A stretch of 64,000 nt of DNA from Salpingoeca rosetta (Eukaryota; Protista; Choanoflagellata). Within the stretch, counting starts at the first letter, position 1; every line of letters starts with the position of its first letter. Positions 38,701-64,000 of this stretch are shown piece by piece. Location of the stretch: positions 871,541-935,540 of the forward strand of contig JAWQFM010000025.1 of assembly GCA_033442325.1 (NCBI GenBank), written 5' to 3'. The position numbers and the translations under genes are program-made. The notes beneath the pieces were generated by a model. The model saw only the letters and a list, made by a program, of their open reading frames with translations, had not been told where the DNA came from and ran no database searches.

Positions 38701-41700
38701 CGGCACCCACCACCGCGCCATCATCCAGCTTGCGCTTGGCAGTGGATACAGCAAGGCAGAGCACAACCTGTGTCTACTGCACAAGTTGTCGCAAAGTGAT
38801 CTGATGCGACGGCAAGTGGCTGCGGGCGATGGTGGCTCAGCAGCAGGTGGCAACAGCAGCGGGAAGGGGCGGTTCAAGTTTGTTGATCTGTTGCGTTATC
38901 GCAAGGACACGCGCTCGCTGTTTGCAAAGGGGCAAACCGACGTGCTGCTGGTTGGATTCAGCACCCACATCGCGACCAAGGCAAGCCGGGATATCAACCA
39001 GCAACAGGAACAACAGCAGCAACACCGTGGTGATGCGGGCGAGGGTGAGGTTAACGCCGGCACGGACACGGGCACCACCTCCACCTCCACGACCACGCCT
39101 GTTCAGGATGCACTGTCCAAGCTCGAGCAGTGGCTGGTAAACGTGCTTGTGTCGCCACTACTGCCCTCCACCAAGCGAGGATTTGTGAACGTGATCAAGT
39201 CTGCCAACCCAGAGATGGCGCGCCTGGGTACCGATCGCAACTACTTTGTTGCCAGCCAGGACTGCGTCATTGCCATCACGCTCGCCAACAGCTGCCCGAA
39301 CGAGCGCCGTCGCAGGGCGCTGAGCAACCTCACGGACATCACAGCCAACAACCAGAACTTTGAGGAGCTTCGCACAGCCATCCGGCGCAAAGACGACATG
39401 TACGGGGTGCACGTGTGCAAGCCAATGTTCCAGCAGCTGCGTAAAGTCGGCAATGAGCTGCTGGGGCCTTTTATCGCCTCGCTCGACTTTTCCGGCCACC
39501 GTGCGGACGATTCTGATCGCTACCTCAAGATCACCTCCTGCTTCAACAGCAACTGCCACTTTGTGTACGTGAAAGGGCTGCGGCAGGCCAGCGACCTGTT
39601 CCTCAAGCGCTGCTGCGAGTTTACAGAGCAGTGGCCCTGGCGGTACATCTACTTTGAGAACCTGGACATCCGCTTCAACTTCCCCGAGATTCGGGACCGG
39701 TTTGTTGTGGGAGACCAGGATCAACTGCAGCAGTTTGTGGACGAAAACACGTGGATTCGCTCCTTCCCGCGCTATGAGGGCACTGGTGATGCTGCTGCTG
39801 GTGACGATGGTGATCGTGATGATGGTGTTGGTCGTGATGGTGATGAAGATGGTGATGATGATGTTGATGAATGGACGAAACAAGTGAAAGGGTACATCTC
39901 AAACAGCAAGCGGTGCGTGGTGCTGCTGACGTCGCCGCCGGGCGCTGGCAAAACACATTTTGCCCACGAGCTGATCCGCACTTACAACGCCGAGATTGGT
40001 GGCAACGACAATGACAAGGGCAAGGGCAAGAAGGAGCAGAGTGAGAACAACAATGGGAACAAGGGCAAGAACGTGTACTGCCACCGCTTTGACTGCAGCA
40101 ACGACAGGCTGGTGACGGAGAGCCTGTCTGTGCTTTTGGATGAGCAGTTTTCACGCCACAACGAGGCGTTCCTGGTGGCAGACGAGTTTCACTTGCTGTC
40201 GGCATCGCAGAAGGAGGAGCTGTTTGACTGGATCCGCAGCAACATGTCGCGTGTCAAGGTGCTGCTGATTGGCAATCGCGTGCTGAAGATTGACGACAAG
40301 CTCATGGACGACTTGCGTCGCGCCACCGCCCGCACGGAGAGCAACGGTCAGCAGCACGTCCAGGTGCAGAGCGTCAAAGTGCGCCTGACACCCCCGCGCA
40401 TCAGACGCATTGCGCAGCAACAACGCAACGCCAGCAAGGCAGGCGGGCAGCAGCAGCAGCAGCAGCAGTACGCGTTGTCGACACATGATTCACGTGATTC
40501 CGAGTGGGGCAAGGACTTGGAAAAGTGGTGCAGCCTGATTTACCTGCTGCTGGGGGAGGAGGCGCTGAGTCTTCGCGACATTGACGTGCTTGTGGCCGCA
40601 TTGCAGAAAAGCACGAACAACACGCTTGGTGGCATACGATCGGAGCAGGCGGCGGCGCTGTCAGCGGCCCTGCAGGCCAAGTGCCCGTACCTCTCTCCCC
40701 TGTTTGCAGACAGCCTGGGCGACGCGTTTGTGAAGCACAGAGGTGATGGCACGTTGGACAAGTTTTCCAGCGGGCTGCTGCCAACAATGCTGCTTGTGCT
40801 GATTCAGGCCATCCGCAACATGAAGTGGCGGCAACTGTGCGAGATCATGCCCTTCTCCGCGTTCTCTGCGTCGTCCGCACAGCAACAAGTCCCCGTGCGT
40901 GAGCGCTGCCGCCGCTGGCTCAAGCGCCACGTGCTGCAGCACATGGGCAAGCATGGAACGCGGGACATGCATGACATCAGCAAGGCGGTTGATGGCCTTC
41001 AGGTGAGCGCGAGTGCTGCGCGCGGTGGCAGCGCGCGGGTTGACGCGCACACGTGGATTGAGCAAGAGCCCTTCCCCTTCATCCGGGACTACGAGGACGG
41101 CGACAAGGAAGGCCTTGCCGTGGGCATTGCAGGCAACTACTCCGACATTCGCTGGGTGCAGGAGTGCGTCGTGCACTCGCGCCCCGTCAACTGGGAGGAG
41201 GCAAGTGCGTGCTGGAAGCAGAGCCCAATCACCGATCTGTCCGACTTTGAGGAGCTTGTTCGCGACTGCCCAAACAAGCTCCTTTGTCTGGACGCCGTGT
41301 CCACAGACAATCTGATTGGTCTGGCGCTCCGCTCCGAGATGATGGCAAACGGGCCTGGCCTGTTACTGCAACATATGTCCGCTGTATACACGCCGAACAC
41401 GCTACCAAAGGCGCTGGAGCCCGGCGATCACCTCCAGGACACGGTGTACAGGCACCTGTTTACCTTCTGGCGGTGCATGCTGTATGCCGTTGCACTCGGT
41501 GCTGATGGTGCTGATGGTGGTGCGGGCCATGGTACTGGCAATGGTACTCCTACCCTTGATACCGGCGATGGCGCCAAACGAACGCCCCGCACGCGGTCCA
41601 AGTGCCCGCAGTGGCTGGCAGCGTTCACGACGCGCATTCAGCGCAGCAGCGAGTGCATGGCTGCCATGTTTGCGTGGGCGGCGCAGAATGGCGAGGCGCT

Positions 41701-42256
41701 GCCACCTGTCGCCTGTGCACGTGGGATGGAGGCCAGCAACAACGAGCGCGTGCTGGACATGTTTGCTCGTTTCTGCTGGACCTTTGCCTGCGATGACAAT
41801 GCCAGCGGTGGCGGTGGTAGTGGTGTTGGCGGTGGTGGGTGGTTCGAACACGTGTGCCATGGCATGTTCATGGTGAAGATGGAGCATGTGCTCCAACAAC
41901 CCTCACGACGCGCGCAGCTGCTGCCCGCGTTTGTCCATCTACTCCGTCTCAACAAGACCACGCTTTCTGCGCAGAGCCACCCGTTCCTGCGGGCCCTGAG
42001 CTTGTTCCGCTTCCACGACAAGACGTGCACCAAGCTTGAGGACGACAAGGTGGAGCCAGACGCACTGCGTGACGATCAACGCAATAAGGCGCAGTTTGAT
42101 GGCGAACTGAAGCGCCTGTGGGGTGCTGCTCCACCTGGATGCATGGCCAGGCAGGAGCTGCGGTTTTTTGCCTCTCGAGTCCACAAACTACTGGATAATG
42201 CTACAAACAAGGAGGCCTTCAAGGAACTTCGTCACATGATCCAGTCTTGGATGTGA
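28354..42256 (+). CDS. Gene C: giant P-loop NTPase, paralogue of gene A; model join(28354..29278,29812..36296,36569..42256), ~4365 aa
   Basis: Phase-compatible GT-AG introns 29279-29811 (G|AT) and 36297-36568 (AAG|GCC), total 13098 nt. Walker A SPPGAGKT at 39932-39955, FDCSNDRLV, Walker B FLVADEFH at 40169-40192, LLIGNR. A second, degenerate module lies at about 31650-34280. Confidence 0.85.
29279..29811 (+). repeat. Intron with a 5' (GT)n block and a 3' (CA)n block
   Basis: GT-rich 29279-29425, CA-rich 29530-29805. Confidence 0.9.
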
Positions 42257-42807
42257 ATGTTTGTGTGTGTGTGTGTGTGTGATGTGTGTGTGTGTGTGCG
42301 ATGCGTGTGTGTGTGTGCGCGCGTGTGTGTAAGTGTGTGTGTGTGTGTGTGTGCATGGGTGTGAAACTGTTCTTTCGTTGCGGGCTGCCCCATTCGCGCC
42401 TTTCTTTCGTTTCTCTTTTCGTTTCCTACAAGTGAGAACCGCACGAAGACAAACCACTGCACGTGTGAACCCAGCACATTTCGACAAGTGACAGAGTGCC
42501 ACCACCACCACCACCACCGTCAACAGCAAGCGACCGCTGCACGTCGGCGGCATCACGATTGATTGATCGGGTGTGAGGCTGGGAGCTGAGGTTCTTAGGT
42601 TCTGAGGTTCTGAGGTTGGTTGGACTGGTGCAGGTGAGCAGGTGGGCGGCAGGCAAGCAAGGACAGGCGTTGTGGTTGTGGAGGAATATGCGGAATCATC
42701 CACCAATTATCGCGTGTTTTGTGTTGTGGAGGAGGCTTTCGTCCACTCCAACAAAACACACACAGATACACACACACACACCAAACAGCACTGCAACAGC
42801 AACCAAC

Positions 42808-46416
<3,609 letters not shown>

Positions 46417-46688
46417 TTTGCACTTCCACATTTCCCAGCCACTGCAACACCACAGTTACTCTTTCCCTGGTTTCCCCCGTGTTACTTTACGCGTGAGCAG
46501 CACACGCCCGTTTCTTTTGCTGTTCCTTCTGCTCCCTCGTGCTTGAGGGAGCATGTGGTCTGTGACTTGTGTCGGAGGGTTGCACACCCGCAACCTTGCT
46601 TGTTTCCTCCAGTCATTTGCGGTTGCTTGCAGGCACTCGCTTTGCCAATTGCACCCACACAATTTGTCATTTGCAAGCGGACAAAAGA

Positions 46689-48844
46689 ATGAACAGCAGG
46701 ATGAGAAGGGCGACGTTGGCACTGCTCGCATTGGTGGTGGTGGGTGAGGGTTGGTGCTGCGAGGGGGCTGGTGCTGCTGCGCTGGGTCAGCAACAACCGC
46801 GCGGCAGGAGGGGTGTCACTGGAGGTGCCAGGTCTCTGCTTGTGTTTGGTTCTCTCTTTGGGGAGGCAGACCAAGTCGATGCAAGCCTCAGCCGCCTGGA
46901 TCGAGCAAACACGGTGCGTCTGTGCTTGTGTGTTCGTGTGCGTGCGCGCGCTTGCGTGTGTGCGTGCGTGTGTGTGCGTGCGTGCTTGCGTGCGTGTGTG
47001 TGTGTGTGTGCTTGCGCGCACGTGTGTGCGTCATCGCTCTTGTTGTGATGGCAGCCCGACGATACCCGTCTCATGGCGTCTGGTGTAAACTGTAGGAGCT
47101 GGAACAAGTGCTGATGGAGCTGAGACACAAGCGCGAAGAGCTCGAAGCCATGAAGCGCGACATCCACGACATGCAGAGCGAGAAGACCGACACGGAAAAG
47201 TCAGTCGTTGCGTGTGTGCTGGCGCACATGGGTGCTTGCGATCTTGCTTTGCTGTGCGTGCTTGTGTCTTATGCATGCATGGCACATTACATTGTGTTCT
47301 GCCATGCTCACGGTCGTTGCTTGTCGTATGCAGGTCGCTGAGACAAGTGCGCAGCAAGCAGAAGGTGTTGGCGAATCACCAGAAACAGGTAGGGCCTGAG
47401 GGCCACATGCCCACGTGCATGCCCATATGTATGCGCGTGCGTATATGCATGTGTCCATGTGTGTATGTCTGTTGCGTGTGTGTGTGTGTTTCTGTCTGTC
47501 TCACTTACTCACTCACTCACTCACTCACACACTCACTCACTCACTCACTCACTCACTCAACTCTGTCTTTCTCTCTCTGTGCATGGCTCACTGCTTGTGG
47601 TCTGAACATTCCCCCCTCCCCTCAATCATGGCATCATAGTTGATGCAGCGGCGCAGCCAAGCACACCAGGAACGCGAGGAAGAAATCAAGAAGCGACAAC
47701 AAGTGTGTGCATAATGTGGTGTGTGCTGCGTGGTGTATGTCGTCGTGTGGTGTCCACCTTCGAATGATCAGTTGTTCTGCGCGTGCATCCCACTATTGGT
47801 TGGTCGATCAAGATATTCTCACCACCTCCGTCCCTACTACCCCATCGTTCGCCTTCATCGGCCAAGGCGCTCGATGCGCGTGACATCAAAGCGTTGGAGG
47901 ACGCATCCCACCGCAAGCACGCATTCAACGAATACAAGGTGCCGCATGCGCCGTGTGTGTGCGTGCGTGTGTGTGTGCGTGTGCGTGTGTGTATGTGTGT
48001 GCGTGTGTGTGTGTGTGTGTGCGTGTATGTGTGTGTGTGTGTGTGTGTGTATGTGTGTATGTGTGTGTGCGTGTGTGTATGTGTGTGTGTGTGTGTGCTA
48101 CCCATTGCCCACACCCCTCACACGCCTTCCCACTATCCCTCACAACCCCTTTCCCCTCACCACATGTTGCCACTGCTGCTGTTGTAGAGTTCACTGCTGC
48201 CGCTCGATCGCGCCATCCCTGACACCCGCATCAAGGAATGCCTTCCGCTCAAGGTGCCATAGTGCTGCTGTTGTGTTGTTGTGGTGCTGTCATGCTGTGG
48301 TGCTGTTGCGTTGCATGCTCTGGACGCGTGTGTGTCTTGTGTGCTCCAAACACATGCGTGTGCTTGCGTGTGCTCTGAACACATGTGTGTGTGTGCTTAC
48401 GTGTGTGATGGTTTCACAGTGGGACACGTCCAAGATGCCCAAGACATCCGTCATCATCTGTTATGTCAACGAAGCCTGGTCGACCCTCCTCCGCACCGTG
48501 CGTACCCAGCGTGTGTGCGTGCGTGTACGTGTACATGTGCGTGCCTGTGCATTCGTTGGGCATCTCTCCATCTCTGCTCCCTGCCTCACCCCACCATCCT
48601 CGCCTCAACCTCACACGACGATGTTGGCGGTGCACAGGTGTGGAGCGTGCTCAACCGCTCACCGCCAGAGCTGATTGAAGAAATCATTCTCCTGGACGAC
48701 GCCAGCGACGCGGAATGGTGCGATGCATGGTCACACGTGTGTGTATGTGTGTGTATGTGTGTATAAGTGTATGAAAGTCTGTGTGTGTGTGTGTGTGTGT
48801 GGGCGGGTGCATGTGTGTGTGTGTGTGTCGTACGGTCGTCGTCG

Positions 48845-48886
<42 letters not shown>

Positions 48887-49209
48887 GTGTGTGTGCGTGT
48901 GTGTGTGTGTGTGTGTGGAACTGTGTGATGTTGCACGCCATGTCATGGTTTTTCATCATCATCATCACCACCACTCCACCAATTACCACTTCACTTACCA
49001 TTGTCAACCGCCATCCAGGCTTGGCGAGAAGCTCGACACGTATGTACGCGAGCACTTTCCATCGCACGTGCGCATTGTGCGATCGCCAGATCGACTTGGT
49101 CTCATCCGCGCGCGTCTGCTCGGTGCCAAGCACGCAAAGGGTAATGTTGACCCTTGGAGGCACACGTCTGTTGTGTGTGTGTGTGTGTGTGTGTGTGTTT
49201 GTGTGTGTT

Positions 49210-49299
<90 letters not shown>

Positions 49300-50920
49300 C
49301 GTGTCTTGTAAATGTGCTGTTTCTTGCGTGTGCGCGTATGTGTGTGTGTATGTGTGTGTGTGTATGTGTGTTTGATCTCTCACATTGGACGTTCCATCCA
49401 TCTGCCACTGCACTTCCCCTCATGCCATCATCACTTCACATCGTCACCACCACCACCACCACCACCACCATCTCCCAGGCCCCGTGATGACGTTTCTTGA
49501 CAGCCACTGCGAGGCGAACCAGGGCTGGCTGGAGCCAATTCTGGACATCATTGCCACCAACCGCACGACTGTGGTGACACCCGTCATTGATACGATCGAT
49601 CACCGCACCATGGAGTATGCCAAGTGGACATCCAACATCCCCTCCGTGGGCACGTTCGACTGGTGCGTGGAATGAGGTGGGGATGGGGAGGGCGAGGGGT
49701 GGGATGAGGGATAGTGTGTGCACGTGGTTTGTGCGCATGTGTGATGATGATGATGATGATGATGATCCTGATCATGCTGATGGGCTTGGTGCGTGCTGAT
49801 GTTGGGGAAGCGGTGGCATGGTGGACTCCGGGCTCCGTCGATTGACACCGGCACTGTTGACACTGTGAATGAACGTCCACTGCGATTTGCAAACGATTGT
49901 TAGGACGCTAGACTTTAACTGGAAGTCGGGCGTGTTGCGGCCAGGACAGAAGCTGACAGACCCAATCGAGTGAGATGTGTGTGTGTGTGTGTGCGTGTGT
50001 GCGTGTGTGTGTGTCCGTGTGTCCGTGTGTCCGTGTGTGTGCGCGTGCGTGTGTGTGTGTCCGTGTGTGTGCGCGTGCGTGTGTGTGTGCGCGTGCGTGT
50101 GTGTGCTTGAATGGCTGTAACTTTCCCATCATTCAATCTCCATCACCGTCATCTCCACCATCGTCTCTGTTGTCATCACATCCCCCCCCCCCACAACCGA
50201 AACAACGCCTAATGTATTCAGCTCCCCAACAATGGCTGGCGGTCTGTTTGCGATCGATCGTGACTACTTCTACGAAATCGGTTCCTACGACGAGGTGACT
50301 TTGACCCGGCCATGAATGCACTGATGAACGAATGTGTGTGTGTGTGTGTTTCTTTTTGATGGTCGACAAGAATGACTTGCGGCTGTATCTCGCATCGATT
50401 CGCAACATACACACACGCACACGCACACACACACACACATCCACACGCACGCACGCACACACACACACAACATGAAACAATTGATAGGACATGGATGGTT
50501 GGGGCGGTGAGAATGTGGAGATGTCCTTCCGGATTTGGCAATGCGGTGGTCGTCTTGTCACGGCCCCATGCTCGCACGTCGGTCACATCTTCCGCGACAC
50601 CCACCCGTACAAAGTGCCAGGTGTGGTGAGATGCTGTGTGCGTGTGTGCTGCTGCTGCTGCTGTCTGGATCGTAACTCATTGACAATCCATCTCGTTTGC
50701 CTTTCCCTCATGTCACACGCAAACACACACACATGCTGCGTTCACACTCGTCTTCCGCGGGTTGTCCCTTTGTGTTGCCTGCAGGCAAAGGGATCCACCA
50801 CACGTTTATGAAGAACTCAATGCGCTTGGCGGAGGTGTGGATGGACGACTACAAGCAGTTTTTCTACGACACAAAACCAAAGCGTGGGTTGAACGCGGAA
50901 TGTGCGCGCGTCGGGGCGTA

Positions 50921-50992
<72 letters not shown>

Positions 50993-52689
50993 TGTGTTTG
51001 TGTGTTTGTGTGTGCGAAGTGGAGTGGCGAGTGCAAGTTGCAGTGATGGGCCATGCGTCGTTATCATTCCAGGTGTTGGGAAAGGCGCATCATTGCCCCC
51101 CTCCCCCCCCCCACACACACACACACATTCACCACACACACACATTCACACACACATACATACCCATATACACCTATTTCCACGCATTTACACACAAACG
51201 CCCATTCACACACCACAGGGGAGAACATTGACATTGGGGATTTGACGAAACGGAAAGCGCTGCGAGAGCGACTGAAGTGCAAACCGTTCAAGTGGTATCT
51301 CAAACACGTGCTGCCAGACCTCTTTGTACCGGAGTGAGTCCACCGGGGCATGTTTTGATTGCGTTTGGGTGTGTGCTTTGCACGTACATGTGTGTAATTG
51401 TGTGTGCGTGTGTGTGTGTGCGTGCGTGCGTGTACGTCTTGCCAATATGGGTGTTGCAAGACGCATTGTTTCTTACATGCACTGACGAGCTCGTGCTCAC
51501 TGGCTCATCCCCACTTTCCCACCGTGATCCTCACATCCTCATCACATCCGCCTTCGCCATAACTCCAAGCTCTGAGCACGTCTTGCACAAGGGCGCGTTG
51601 CGTGCAGGCAACGGCCTCTGCCTGGACAAGATGGGACACAGGGCTGGCGGGCAGGTGGGCCACCTGTTCGCGCGTGTGTGCATGCATGAATGTGTGCGAG
51701 AGGGTGTGTGTGTACATGTGTGTGTTTTGTGTGTGTATGTGGCCTCTATGCACTCCTGCTCACGCGCATGTATTTACACGTCTGTTGTTCGCTTACTGCG
51801 TGCGTGTGTATGTATGCGTGTGTATGTGTGTATGTGTGTATGTGTGTATGTGTGCGTGTGTGTATGTGTGCGTGTGTGTATGTTGGCTACAGGCTGGCGT
51901 GTTCAGCTGTCACGGAGAGGGCGGTAACCAGGGATGGATGTACACTGTCAATGACGAAATCAGAACAGGTGCGCATGTGCACATGTGTGCGTTATGTTTG
52001 CATGTGTGTGTGTGTGCGCGCGCGCGCGTGTGTGTGTGCATGTGTGTGTATGTGTTTGTGTGACCAATGACACGCACAAACACATACACACACCCATCCT
52101 TGCTCACCTCAAATAACCCCACCACCGCGCAACAGCGGACAGCCTGTGTTTGGATGTGTACTCGTCCAAGTTTCCTGCGCCAATCCATCTCCAGCGCTGT
52201 CACCAGGTAATGACGACGGCTCGTGCATGCGCGGAAGCGTTTTCTGCTCCTCCTCCTCCTCCTCCTCCCCCTCCTCCTTCGTCTGCTTACATCGCTCCGC
52301 TCAACACGCGTCCTCACTCCTCGTTATCACCTTTGCTGTCAACAGAAGCAGGGCAATCAGGCGTGGAAGTACGAGAACAACGTCTTCCGGCATGTCGGTG
52401 AGTCAGTTGGTTTGAAGGTGACGGGCGTGTGACGGGAGTGTGATGGAAACAAAGATGAGCAGGTCGTGGCGCTGCTGTGAGGAAGTGATCAACATGGTGC
52501 TGAGGTGGACTCACTCAAAGTTCCCCATGCGCACACGCACACACGCACGCACACACGCGTACACACACATATGCACACGTAGCGAGCAACGGATGCCTGT
52601 CAAGTGTTGTCTCGGGTAATGGACAGCACGAGTTGAAGTTGGACACATGTAAGGAAGGGAGCTCTGGTCAGCAGTGGACGTGGGTGTGA
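46689..52689 (+). CDS. GALNT: Polypeptide N-acetylgalactosaminyltransferase (GT27) with N-terminal TM anchor, coiled stem and C-terminal ricin-B lectin domain; about 20 exons
   Basis: Exonic motifs in order: [76 protein letters not shown] (DxH 49499-49507), [63 protein letters not shown]. Ricin repeats [21 protein letters not shown] and QQWTWV* (TGA 52687-52689). Confidence 0.95.
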
Positions 52690-53067
52690 TCGTTGCGATG
52701 GGTACAACCACGACGAACATACAGCCTCGACTGTGTTTGTGTGTGTGTGTGTGTGTCTGTGTATGCATGTGTGTGTGTGTGTGTTGCGTTACCAGCAATG
52801 TCCCATCTTCGTCAACGTCACAATTGCCTCCGCTTCCCGGTCATTTCGTCACAGCATGCGTACAGCACATAGCGTTCTTGTTGAATACAATTCTGGGTTG
52901 AGGAGAAACAGTGGTATGGCGCGCGCGTGAACATGCACACGCGCGGGAAAAATGAACAAACATGGAAAGGGATTTTCTGCCTGAACGTAGCTGAACCATC
53001 ACACACACACATACATACACACACACACACACACGTTGAATAAGTTGCTGCACTCATCAGTCCACGA

Positions 53068-64000
<10,933 letters not shown>

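Noticed and set aside
129-42184. Numerous 100-500 aa antisense or alternative-frame ORFs overlapping the giant genes
   Set aside because: Expected shadow ORFs of GC-rich coding sequence, with no motifs.

Overview
Eukaryotic, GC-rich genomic DNA with (GT)n/(CA)n-filled introns and Q/D/T/S homopolymer-rich proteins. This style suggests a choanoflagellate such as Salpingoeca rosetta (inference only). The first 42 kb hold three giant, almost intron-free P-loop NTPase genes arranged -> <- ->. Gene A (5'-truncated, >3250 aa) is an NTPase ending in a GATase/GIFT-like domain and a vWA domain. Gene B (~5597 aa, 3 exons) is an RNF213/mysterin-like tandem AAA+ protein. In place of the RING/RZ E3 module it carries KH-like repeats and an H-Y-E ADP-ribosyltransferase domain. 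Gene C (~4365 aa, 3 exons) is a long paralogue of A with one degenerate and one intact NTPase module, and lies head-to-head with B. I read the cluster as a candidate, possibly undescribed, cell-autonomous immunity/conflict system (inference). The rest is ordinary intron-rich territory: an unknown gene spanning a 100-N gap, a polypeptide GalNAc-transferase (GALNT), and a 5'-truncated minus-strand gene fusing a pseudokinase to an RGS12/14-like RGS-RBD-RBD module. All homology calls are motif recognition by eye, and no database searches were run.
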